A DNA stretch of 23,376 nucleotides, taken from the NCBI GenBank assembly GCA_029932605.1, contig JAOZPT010000041.1, forward strand, positions 1 through 23,376, given 5' to 3'. A program made the translations under genes and the position numbers. This DNA comes from Candidatus Zixiibacteriota bacterium. Lineage in GTDB: Bacteria; Zixibacteria; MSB-5A5; UBA10806; 4484-95. This document shows, one piece after another, positions 1-8,864 of this stretch; positions within the stretch are counted from its first letter, which is position 1, and each line of letters opens with the position of its first letter. The notes below the pieces were generated by a model. It searched no databases, was not told where the DNA came from, and worked only from the letters and a program-made list of their open reading frames with translations.

Positions 1-251
1 ATTTTTTTATATTAAGCTATGAACGGGGATTCTTGTAATTTTCTTCGATATTAAGATTGATTGGATTGGAAATAGGTACTGAGGTTGGCATAAGTTATGC
101 AATTTTAAACCCTTCTGATTTATTTCCTTGCTTAAAGGGACTTAATTATTTATGTATTTATCAGGTTCTTGAAAGTTGAGAACTTGGGTAAAAAAGTTAT
201 GTATGACTGTGATAACGCAACCACATTGGTAAGATTTAACAGGAGATGACA

Positions 252-1778
252 ATGGAAGATTTTCTCAAAGAATTAGGGATTAAAAAGGTCAATTCGGGCG
301 CATATGCAGGAGGATGGATTGAAAAACCCGGTGGGAAAGAACTTGTTTCGATAAATCCCACTACGAAAAAAGAAATTGCCCGTGTTGTTCAGGCCGATGA
401 AAGCGATTACCGTAAAATTATAGATGGGGCATCCAAGGCTTTTAGAACCTGGAGAATGGTACCTGCTCCCAAAAGAGGAGAGGTTGTCCGGCAGATTGGC
501 AATGAACTTCGTAAATATAAAAAGAGCCTGGGCAGGCTTGTCTCTTTTGAAATGGGCAAAATCCTTGCCGAGGGCGAGGGCGAGGTTCAGGAGATGATTG
601 ATATTGCGGATTTCGCCGTTGGGCTTTCCCGCCAATTGTATGGACTGACTATGCACAGCGAAAGAGCTAAACACAGAATGTATGAGCAATGGCACCCCCT
701 TGGTATTGTGGGGATAATCACCGCCTTTAATTTTCCGGTTGCTGTCTGGGCCTGGAATGCTATGATAGCAGCTGTCTGCGGAGATACGATGGTCTGGAAA
801 CCCTCATCTAAAACTCCCCTCACGGCTATAGCTGTTCAAAATATCGTGAATCGTGTTTTAAAAGAGAATAACGCTGAGGGGGTGATGAATCTGGTGGTTG
901 GAACCGGAAGGACCATTGGAGAGCAGTTGATTTCTGATAAAAGAGTTCCACTTGTAAGCGCTACCGGTTCATGCAGTATGGGTCGTAGAATCGGCAAGGT
1001 GGTGGGTGAACGTCTTGGCCGATGTATCCTTGAACTTGGCGGTAATAATGCAGTTATCGTGATGGACGACGCCAACCTTGATCTTGCCATAAGAGCTATT
1101 GTTTTTGGTGCTGTGGGCACTGCTGGCCAGAGATGCACGACTACTCGCAGGGTAATCGTCCAGGAGGGGGTTGCCGATAATTTAGTGAACCGTCTTAAAG
1201 ATGCTTATTCCCAGATTCGCATTGGTAACCCTTTAGAGGATGGTGTCCTCATGGGACCACTAATAGATGGTGAAACCGTTGAAATAATGATGAATGCCCT
1301 TAAGCAGGTCGAAAAAGAGGGAGGCAAGGTCATATATGGTGGAAATGCCCTGACAGATGGAAAATACGCGGAGGGCTATTTCGTTGAACCTACGATAGTG
1401 ATGGCTCATAAAGACATGGCCATTATAAAAGATGAGACTTTTGCTCCCATCCTTTATGTAATCAAGGTTCGTGACCTCGATGAGGCAATAGAGGTCCATA
1501 ACGATGTTCCACAGGGTTTATCCTCGACCATGTTTACCACAAACCTTCTGTCAGCGGAGACTTTCCTGAGTCATGAAGGCAGTGATTGTGGTATAGCCAA
1601 TATCAATATCGGCACCAGTGGCGCTGAGATAGGTGGTGCATTTGGCGGCGAGAAAGATACCGGCGGTGGCCGTGAGGCAGGCAGTGATGCCTGGAAAGCT
1701 TATATGCGGCGGCAGACTAACACTATTAATTGGTCAACCGAACTACCCCTGGCGCAGGGGATAAGGTTTGGAGAGTGA
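252..1778 (+). CDS. Aldehyde dehydrogenase family 7 (antiquitin / piperideine-6-carboxylate or aminoadipate-semialdehyde dehydrogenase-like)
   Basis: Catalytic motifs ILELGGNNA (Glu) and GTAGQRCTT (Cys), plus the ALDH7-typical GSDCGIANINIGTSGAEIGGAFGGEK and ELPLAQGI C-terminus. AGGAG at 241-245 abuts the ATG at 246 but lies 6 nt before the ATG at 252, so 252 is the preferred start. Confidence 0.92.
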   Translation: MEDFLKELGIKKVNSGAYAGGWIEKPGGKELVSINPTTKKEIARVVQADESDYRKIIDGASKAFRTWRMVPAPKRGEVVRQIGNELRKYKKSLGRLVSFEMGKILAEGEGEVQEMIDIADFAVGLSRQLYGLTMHSERAKHRMYEQWHPLGIVGIITAFNFPVAVWAWNAMIAAVCGDTMVWKPSSKTPLTAIAVQNIVNRVLKENNAEGVMNLVVGTGRTIGEQLISDKRVPLVSATGSCSMGRRIGKVVGERLGRCILELGGNNAVIVMDDANLDLAIRAIVFGAVGTAGQRCTTTRRVIVQEGVADNLVNRLKDAYSQIRIGNPLEDGVLMGPLIDGETVEIMMNALKQVEKEGGKVIYGGNALTDGKYAEGYFVEPTIVMAHKDMAIIKDETFAPILYVIKVRDLDEAIEVHNDVPQGLSSTMFTTNLLSAETFLSHEGSDCGIANINIGTSGAEIGGAFGGEKDTGGGREAGSDAWKAYMRRQTNTINWSTELPLAQGIRFGE

Positions 1779-2088
1779 GGAGAGGGAATGTGGTAGTTTT
1801 TATTAAGGTTAATAAGTATAACCTAATATTAACGGCTGGTTTAATTAAATGTCAACTATTGGATATATTTACAGAAACTGGTCTAATTATATTGTAAATA
1901 TATCTATATGGTGGGTGTTTTTGATGCAACTAATTTAGGTTAGGAAATTATATATGTTTAAAAAAGTATAAAAAAATCTGTTACCTTCAAATTTAAATGT
2001 TGGGAATATGTCCATAATTATCCAACTTAACAATACTATGATAGACTAAGTATTTTAAAAAGACAGAGTGAAATTTTATTTGTAAGGA

Positions 2089-3477
2089 ATGAGAACTGGA
2101 AGAATGAATAGTATATTAAGAAATGAAACCCTTAGTTTTTATCTATGTTTAGTTTTTTTACCAATATTGATTTCTATAATAATTATATTGATAAATAAAC
2201 CGATCGTGAGCTTTGTTACTTTGGGAGTAGTAATATTTATTGTAATAACATTTATTAATTTTGATTTGTTGATTTATATTTTATTAGCATTATGGCCAAT
2301 AGTTAGTTATTATATTCCTAAAGAAAGCACAAAATATTTCTGGATAATTATTTGTTTGTTTTTTTTGATAATGTTATTATCAAAGTTAATGACAAATAGA
2401 CGGTTAAGGCTTCCGCCAAAAGAACTATTATATTTTTTTGGAGTTTTTTGGTTATTAATAATTTTTTCTGATGTTTATAATTTACAGAATATAAGTCTAA
2501 TAGATAACTTAAGATTAATTTTTTTTACTGTTCTTATATTTATATTCTATGATTGGAGTTTTAACAAACCTCCGTCAAGGATAATCTTATGTATACTATT
2601 TCCTTTAATAATTTCAATAATAATGGTGTTAGTAACTATATTAAAAAACTTTAGTTTAATGGGTTTTTTACAATTAACTTTTTTTAGATATAGTGCTTTT
2701 TTTGGTAATCCTAATAATTATGGCAATTATCTAAATTTTGTTATTCCATTGATATTTTCATTCTTGGTGATGAAGTATTATAAAAGGTATTATTATATAA
2801 TCTTGTTTATATTTATTTTGTCATTTTTAGCCTTGATAATATCAAACTCAAGAGCTGCTTATCTGGGAGTGGGCTCTTCGATTATTATATTATCTTTGCT
2901 GATTAAGAGGATAAGACTTCCTGTATTGATATTCCTTGGTTTACTAATATTTGTTTTTATTTATTCACCGTTTTTTCGACAAATAACAAATTTTATTTTA
3001 AGAATTGGAACTGATCCTACTTCTGGAAGAGCAGATATCTGGGCTTCAGCTATGAGTATATTAAGGAATAATTATATTTTCGGTATTGGCCTTGGAAATC
3101 AGACATGTTATTTGGTTGAAGAATTACCTACAGCTTTCTCAAAACACATTATGGGGAATATAATGGGAGCTCACAATTTATATTTGAGTAAGGCCCTTGA
3201 AATTGGTATATTAGCAATACCATTGTTTTTATATTTATTTTTCATCCTTGGAAGAATTATCATTTTTAATACAAGATCAAAGCTTCCTTTAGAACAAAGG
3301 GCTTTAAACTTTGCTGCGTTAGGAGTTTTAATATCCTTGTTTGTAAGGTCCTTCTTTGAGGGTTCCGTTCTGATTCAACGAGGTGGTATATTTCCAGTAT
3401 TTTATTCGTGGATTATTCTGTCTTGGCCAATGCAAATTCATCAGAAAATCAGGAAATACAAGTCTACTACCAAATAA
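2089..3477 (+). CDS. O-antigen ligase / Wzy_C-family polytopic membrane protein
   Basis: Many hydrophobic segments, with family motifs RYSAFFGNPN, SNSRAAYL, SGRADIW, GIGLGN and AHNLYL. The start could instead be the ATG at 2104. Confidence 0.85.
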   Translation: MRTGRMNSILRNETLSFYLCLVFLPILISIIIILINKPIVSFVTLGVVIFIVITFINFDLLIYILLALWPIVSYYIPKESTKYFWIIICLFFLIMLLSKLMTNRRLRLPPKELLYFFGVFWLLIIFSDVYNLQNISLIDNLRLIFFTVLIFIFYDWSFNKPPSRIILCILFPLIISIIMVLVTILKNFSLMGFLQLTFFRYSAFFGNPNNYGNYLNFVIPLIFSFLVMKYYKRYYYIILFIFILSFLALIISNSRAAYLGVGSSIIILSLLIKRIRLPVLIFLGLLIFVFIYSPFFRQITNFILRIGTDPTSGRADIWASAMSILRNNYIFGIGLGNQTCYLVEELPTAFSKHIMGNIMGAHNLYLSKALEIGILAIPLFLYLFFILGRIIIFNTRSKLPLEQRALNFAALGVLISLFVRSFFEGSVLIQRGGIFPVFYSWIILSWPMQIHQKIRKYKSTTK

Positions 3478-3481
3478 CATG

Positions 3482-3509
3482 TTGACTTTATTAAATATTA
3501 AAATATAAT
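3482..3509 (+). promoter_or_regulatory. Sigma70-type promoter upstream of the ArcE-like gene
   Basis: TTGACT (3482-3487), a 16-nt spacer, then TATAAT (3504-3509). Confidence 0.7.
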
Positions 3510-3524
3510 ATTGCCATGCTGTAC

Positions 3525-3547
3525 TGGTCTAAAAAGCTTTTTGACCA
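3525..3547. promoter_or_regulatory. Near-perfect palindrome, candidate operator just downstream of the promoter
   Basis: TGGTC-T-AAAAAG|CTTTTT-GACCA is a dyad with one unpaired base. Confidence 0.45.
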
Positions 3548-3632
3548 CTGAATCTTCTACCATTTAAAACAATTATTGCTTATTTGGTTGGGGAATATAT
3601 TTTATTTTTTAGAAAGGGGTTGAAAAATATCT

Positions 3633-5018
3633 ATGAAACCGAAAAGAGTTGTCATAATGGGGGCGGCAGGCAGAGATTTCCATAACTTCAACTGTGTTTT
3701 CCGCGATAACGAAATGTATGAAGTCGTGGCTTTTACTGCTACCCAGATACCCGATATCGAGGGGCGCAAATATCCTTCCAGATTGGCGGGTAAGCTTTAC
3801 CCGAAGGGGATACCGATAGTAGCCGAGGAGGAATTACCTGTTTTAATCGACCAGTATGATGTCGAAGAAGTAGTATTTTCTTATTCCGATGTTTCTTATG
3901 AGCATGTTATGTCGTTGGGGGCGGTAGTTAATGCCTGTGGCGCTGATTTCAAGATGCTGGGTGCTGGAAAGACTATGTTGAAATCCAAAAAGCCGGTAGT
4001 GGCTATATGTGCCGTAAGGACAGGTTGCGGAAAATCGCAGACTACAAGAAGAGTCTGCCGGGTGCTAAAGAGTTTTGGTTTTAAGGTTATAGTTATTCGT
4101 CACCCGATGCCCTATGGAGACCTTACAAAACAGATTTGCCAGCGTTTCGCCAGGCTTTCGGACCTTGACAAGTTCAAATGCACTATCGAGGAGCGTGAAG
4201 AATATGAACCTCATATCAACAATGGGGTTATTGTGTATGCCGGTGTCGATTACGGTGTGATTCTCGGACGGGCTGAGAAAGAGGCTGATATCATAATCTG
4301 GGATGGCGGCAACAACGATTTGCCATTTTACCAACCGGATATTCACATTACCGTATTAGATCCTCATCGTCCCAGGCATGAGCTTACCTATTATCCGGGT
4401 GAGGCAAATCTTCTGATGGCAGATGTTGCCATCATTAACAAAGTTGAGACTGCGCCTTTAAAGGGGATTGAGGAAGTAAGGGAGTCGGTGAGAATGCTAA
4501 ATCCGGAGGCTGTGGTTATCGAGGCAGCCTCTCCGATTTTCGTTGATAATCCGGAGGTCATCACCGGCAAAAAAGTGTTGGTGGTTGAAGATGGTCCGAC
4601 AATCACTCATGGCGAGATGACCTATGGGGCAGGTGTGGTTGCGGCCAATAAATATGGTGCGGTCGAGCTGGTTGATCCACGACCATTTACCGTAGCCTCT
4701 ATAACAAAAACGTATGAAAAATATCCAGAGATAGGCGCTCTTCTTCCAGCTATGGGATATGGACAGAAGCAGGTTAAGGACCTTGAGACAACCATCAATA
4801 GAACAGATGCCGAGGCGGTTGTGATTGCTACACCTATTGACCTTCGAAGGCTGATTAATATTAAAAAACCGTCCACCCGTGTCAGGTATGAACTGCAGGA
4901 GATCGGATATCCCGATATTGAGGCGGTTTTGGTGGAATATTTCGGCTTAACAATAAAAGAATCTAAAACAACAGGCAAGAAAATTTCAAAGAGATCCAGA
5001 GCCGGAAAGCGCAGGTAG
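3633..5018 (+). CDS. arcE: COG2403 P-loop enzyme (cyclic 2,3-diphosphoglycerate synthetase-like), probable arginine synthetase ArcE
   Basis: N-terminal IMGAAGRDFHNFN...VVAFTATQIP, P-loop AVRTGCGKSQT, and RHPMPYG, TIEEREEYEPH, WDGGNND, VVEDGPT and LLPAMGY motifs. Directly upstream of carbamate kinase. The family call is firm; the ArcE activity is inferred. Confidence 0.75.
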   Translation: MKPKRVVIMGAAGRDFHNFNCVFRDNEMYEVVAFTATQIPDIEGRKYPSRLAGKLYPKGIPIVAEEELPVLIDQYDVEEVVFSYSDVSYEHVMSLGAVVNACGADFKMLGAGKTMLKSKKPVVAICAVRTGCGKSQTTRRVCRVLKSFGFKVIVIRHPMPYGDLTKQICQRFARLSDLDKFKCTIEEREEYEPHINNGVIVYAGVDYGVILGRAEKEADIIIWDGGNNDLPFYQPDIHITVLDPHRPRHELTYYPGEANLLMADVAIINKVETAPLKGIEEVRESVRMLNPEAVVIEAASPIFVDNPEVITGKKVLVVEDGPTITHGEMTYGAGVVAANKYGAVELVDPRPFTVASITKTYEKYPEIGALLPAMGYGQKQVKDLETTINRTDAEAVVIATPIDLRRLINIKKPSTRVRYELQEIGYPDIEAVLVEYFGLTIKESKTTGKKISKRSRAGKRR

Positions 5019-5220
5019 ACCCAAAAGCACTAATGACATGTTTAGTTTAAGCTGATGTCAAAGAGTATTTCGGTTGTTTAATCCGCCTTTTATGTTTAGA
5101 TATTTTTATTTAAAGTGATATTATATGATTAAAACGTTTTGTTTTTTAGTGCTTATTTATTAATATTTCGGTTTTAAGATAAGGCAAAATGAGAGAGAAA
5201 CGTTTTGAGGTGGTGAGATA

Positions 5221-6165
5221 ATGAAGAAGAAGACGGCCGTAGTAGCTTTAGGGGGTAATGCCATAACCGACAAGGACCGCGAAGATAATATACCTAATCA
5301 GTTTATTAACACAGAGATAAGCCTGGAGGGAATTATTAAGTTAATCGATGATGGTTACAATCTGGCGCTGACACATGGTAATGGACCCCAGGTGGGCAAT
5401 GCCGTTTTACGGGTAGAACTTGCCAGAGGTAAAGCTCCTGAATTGCCTATTTTTATCTGTGTGGCTGACCTTCAGGGCGGGATGGGGTATATGATAGAGC
5501 AGGTTCTCAGGAACAAACTCAATAAACTTGGTATAAGCAGAGACGTTGCTGTGGTGGTAACTCAGGTGATGGTGGATGAAAATGATGAGGATTTTGCCGA
5601 CCCCACCAAATTTATTGGCCAATTTTATGAGCCTGAGCAAGCTGAATCATTGAAAAAAGAGTTTGGCTGGAAAATGAAACCATTTCCCGGTGACCAAAGG
5701 TTAAGGCGGGTTGTTGCCTCGCCAAAACCACTATGTCTTATAGAAAAAAATGTCATAAAACGTCTTGTTGAAGCTGGGGTTGTTGTAATTGCCGCTGGTG
5801 GTGGAGGTATACCTGTTATTAAACATCAGGGAGTTCTGAAAGGTATTGATGCTGTTATAGACAAAGACAGAGCAGCTTCTGTTATGGCGCGCGATATTGA
5901 GGCTGAGTTGCTGGTTATCTTAACATCCGTTGAAAAAGTAGCTTTAAATTACAGTAAACCCACCCAGAGGGATCTTGATAAAATGACTTTAGCTGAAGCC
6001 GAGAGATATCTTTCTGAGGGTCATTTTCCACCTGGTAGTATGGGACCCAAAATTGAAGCTGCTGTCGATTTTTTAAAAGCTGGCGGTAGCAAAGTAATAA
6101 TAAGTTCTATTGAGAAGGCTTATGAGGCTGTTAACGGTAGAGCTGGAACCACCATTGTTGCCTGA
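5221..6165 (+). CDS. arcC: Carbamate kinase
   Basis: Motifs VVALGGNA, THGNGPQVG, PTKFIG, RRVVASPKP, GGGGIPV, AVIDKD and GSMGPKIEAA. RBS GAGGTG at 5207-5212. Confidence 0.96.
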   Translation: MKKKTAVVALGGNAITDKDREDNIPNQFINTEISLEGIIKLIDDGYNLALTHGNGPQVGNAVLRVELARGKAPELPIFICVADLQGGMGYMIEQVLRNKLNKLGISRDVAVVVTQVMVDENDEDFADPTKFIGQFYEPEQAESLKKEFGWKMKPFPGDQRLRRVVASPKPLCLIEKNVIKRLVEAGVVVIAAGGGGIPVIKHQGVLKGIDAVIDKDRAASVMARDIEAELLVILTSVEKVALNYSKPTQRDLDKMTLAEAERYLSEGHFPPGSMGPKIEAAVDFLKAGGSKVIISSIEKAYEAVNGRAGTTIVA

Positions 6166-6201
6166 TGGGTAGCATTCATTGAAAGGATATTCGGGTATTG
6201 T

Positions 6202-7590
6202 ATGATATCGTCCCATAACGGAGACATATACAATTTGGCAGTATTGGAAAAACTTGCTGATACTGTGAGTTCTGAGGGTGGGAGGATCTATGAGGTGGGC
6301 GGTTCAGTAAGAGACCGGCTTCTTAATATCATGCAACCCAAGGACTTGGATTTTATAATTTGTGGCATTCCTTTTAGTGACCTTAAAAAAATATTGCAAA
6401 AATTTGGGAATATAAATCTCGTTGGTCAAACATTTGGAGTAATAAAGTTTAAACCTTTTAAATCTGAATATGCTTATGATATTTCTCTTCCCCGTAAAGA
6501 GCGTTCCATTGGTGAAAAACATCGCGATTTCGATATTGATTTTGATCCGGATTTACCGGTAGAGGAGGACCTTGGTCGGCGCGATTTTACGATAAACGCA
6601 ATGGCTAAGGAGTTTCCAGATGGAGATTTGGTTGACCCTTATGGTGGTAAAAATGACCTCAAGAAAAGGATATTAAGAGCGGTTTCGGATTCGAGTTTTA
6701 TTGATGACCCCCTACGCATGATTCGTGGTGTACAGTTTATGGCACGGTTTAATCTTTCGGTTGATAGGAAAACATTTGAAGCGATGGAAAAAAATGCTCA
6801 CCTTATTAAAACAGTCTCTCCCGAAAGAATTGCTGAGGAATTGAATAAGTTATTGGAAGAAGCAAAGAAACCTTCAGCTGGTTTCTTATTGATGAGGAAT
6901 ACAGGTTTACTTGAATATATTTTACCGGAACTTGGCAAAACCGTTGGTGTGGAACAACCCGGTGGTTATCACAAATGGGATGTTTTCGAGCACACGTTAA
7001 GTACGATCGATAATTCACCGCCGAAGTTGGTGGTAAGGTTGGCAGCCTTGTTGCACGATATCGGTAAACCCCAAACCAGGGAAATAATTGATAAAGGGGC
7101 TACGTTTTATGGCCATGACAAACTCGGCCAGAGTATGGCTGAGAATATTTTAAAACGGTTGCGTTACTCTAATGAGACAATTAAACAGGTTGCAACACTG
7201 GTTGGCAAGCACATGTTCAGTCAAAAGGCTGGTGAGAAGGGTATCAGGCGTTTGCTCAACAAAGTTGGAGTCGATTTGGTTTTTGACCTGATTGCTCTTC
7301 GTAAGGCCGATACGATAGCTCAGGGTATGGGTCAGGATACAACGGGTATCGATGAGTTTAGGCTTAAGGTGGAGCAGGAAATCGCCAAGAGCCGGGCTTT
7401 CACGATAAGGGATTTAGCCTTAAATGGCAATGAATTAAAGCAACACTTTGACCTTGATGAGGGACCTTTAATTGGTCATGTCTTAAGATATCTTTTAGCG
7501 AAAGTTCTTGATGATCCGCAAAAAAATAGTAAAGAGAAATTGTTGTTGTTAAGTGCGGATTTTTTAGAAAAAAGGCATCTTGACATTTGA
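6202..7590 (+). CDS. cca: CCA tRNA nucleotidyltransferase (class II) with HD domain
   Basis: VGGSVRD...DLDF, intact loop RKERSIGEKHRDF, EEDLGRRDFTINAMA, DDPLRMIR, SPERIAEE, and HD domain HKWDVFEHT...LLHDIGKP. Confidence 0.9.
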   Translation: MISSHNGDIYNLAVLEKLADTVSSEGGRIYEVGGSVRDRLLNIMQPKDLDFIICGIPFSDLKKILQKFGNINLVGQTFGVIKFKPFKSEYAYDISLPRKERSIGEKHRDFDIDFDPDLPVEEDLGRRDFTINAMAKEFPDGDLVDPYGGKNDLKKRILRAVSDSSFIDDPLRMIRGVQFMARFNLSVDRKTFEAMEKNAHLIKTVSPERIAEELNKLLEEAKKPSAGFLLMRNTGLLEYILPELGKTVGVEQPGGYHKWDVFEHTLSTIDNSPPKLVVRLAALLHDIGKPQTREIIDKGATFYGHDKLGQSMAENILKRLRYSNETIKQVATLVGKHMFSQKAGEKGIRRLLNKVGVDLVFDLIALRKADTIAQGMGQDTTGIDEFRLKVEQEIAKSRAFTIRDLALNGNELKQHFDLDEGPLIGHVLRYLLAKVLDDPQKNSKEKLLLLSADFLEKRHLDI

Positions 7591-7608
7591 GAATTTTTTC
7601 ACTTAATT
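7580..7608 (+). promoter_or_regulatory. Possible promoter for the suc-kor cluster, overlapping the end of cca
   Basis: Perfect TTGACA at 7580-7585 but only a weak -10 (CTTAAT/TTAATT at about 7602-7608). RBS GGAGG at 7621-7625. Confidence 0.4.
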
Positions 7609-7629
7609 AGTTTTTTATATGGAGGAAAC

Positions 7630-8769
7630 ATGAAAATACACGAATACCAGGCTAAAGAGATTTTTGGCAAATATGGTTTGCCAATCCCGAAAGGCGAGGT
7701 TGTTACCACACCGGATGAAGCTCGCAATATTGCAGTTCGATATGAAAAACCGGTGATGATTAAGGCTCAGGTGCATGTTGGAGGACGTGGAAAAGCTGGT
7801 GGCATTAAATATTGCAAGGAGCCGGATGATGCCTTTTTTGCTGCCCAGGAAATACTGGGAATGGATATTAAGGGATTAATAGTTAAGAAAGTATTGGTTA
7901 CAGAGGCAGTTGACATTAAATCCGAGGCTTATGTTGGAGTTATCGTTGACAGAGTAACTAAAAGAAATGTTATCATGGTCTCGCCAGCTGGCGGTATAGA
8001 TATCGAGGAGGTAGCCGCTAAAACCCCTGAGAAGATTATGAAGCTGGGTGTTGACCCATTACTTGGACTGCTTCCTTACGAGGCGTTAAAGTTAGCCCGA
8101 TTCGTTTATCCTGATATTAAGATTGCCCGTTCGGCCGGAGGGGTAATAAGGAAATTATACGATGCTTTTGTTCATAGTGATGCTTCGTTGGCTGAGATTA
8201 ATCCACTTGTGTTAAACAACCAGGATGACCTTGTTGCCTTAGATGCAAAAATCAATCTTGACGATAGCGCTCTTTTCAGACATCCCGATTATGAAAATCT
8301 CAGGGACCTTGATGCCGAGGACCCAGCGGAAATGGAGGCAAAACGCAATGACCTTTCCTATGTGAAACTTAACGGTAACATCGGTTGTTGCGTTAACGGT
8401 GCCGGTCTGGCTATGGCCACCATGGACTTAGTGAAACATTTCGGAGGTGAACCGGCCAATTTCCTTGATATCGGCGGTTCTTCATCACCCGAGAAGGTCC
8501 TTGCGGCAATGAAAATTATCTTAAACGACCCCAATGTGGTGGTTATTCTGTTTAATATATTTGGTGGTATTACCCGTTGCGATGATGTCGCTAATGGTAT
8601 GGTCTGGGCTGTGGAAAAACTTAACCCACGTGTACCGATAGTTGTGCGCTTAACCGGTACAAATGAGGATAAAGCAAAAAAAATTCTCGAAAAACTGGAT
8701 TTATCCGCCACCAGCTCAATGGAAGATGTGGTTAAGATGGCAGTCAATGAGGCCAGGTCGGTGGTATAA
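7630..8769 (+). CDS. sucC: Succinyl-CoA synthetase beta subunit
   Basis: Motifs MKIHEYQAK, KAQVHVGGRGKAGG, EINPL, DAKINLDD, NGAGLAMATMD, PANFLDIGG and NIFGGITRCD. Confidence 0.96.
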   Translation: MKIHEYQAKEIFGKYGLPIPKGEVVTTPDEARNIAVRYEKPVMIKAQVHVGGRGKAGGIKYCKEPDDAFFAAQEILGMDIKGLIVKKVLVTEAVDIKSEAYVGVIVDRVTKRNVIMVSPAGGIDIEEVAAKTPEKIMKLGVDPLLGLLPYEALKLARFVYPDIKIARSAGGVIRKLYDAFVHSDASLAEINPLVLNNQDDLVALDAKINLDDSALFRHPDYENLRDLDAEDPAEMEAKRNDLSYVKLNGNIGCCVNGAGLAMATMDLVKHFGGEPANFLDIGGSSSPEKVLAAMKIILNDPNVVVILFNIFGGITRCDDVANGMVWAVEKLNPRVPIVVRLTGTNEDKAKKILEKLDLSATSSMEDVVKMAVNEARSVV

Positions 8770-8864
8770 TTGTGTATCATCGTTTGGTGATGGTTAATGA
8801 TGATATCGGTAATTTTGAAGGTTAGGGCGACTTACATAAAGATGATATAAAGAGAAGGTGTCTT

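Noticed and set aside
5019..5220. ARG box, terminator or arcB remnant between arcE and arcC (TGACAT...ATGTCA dyad)
   Set aside because: The arms are short and in AT-rich DNA. There is no convincing ARG-box match, no GC stem with U-tract, and no OTC-like remnant.
6202..7590. Poly(A) polymerase, CC-only adding enzyme, or defence-type nucleotidyltransferase
   Set aside because: The EDxxRRD templating motif, intact flexible loop and HD domain fit an ordinary CCA-adding enzyme.
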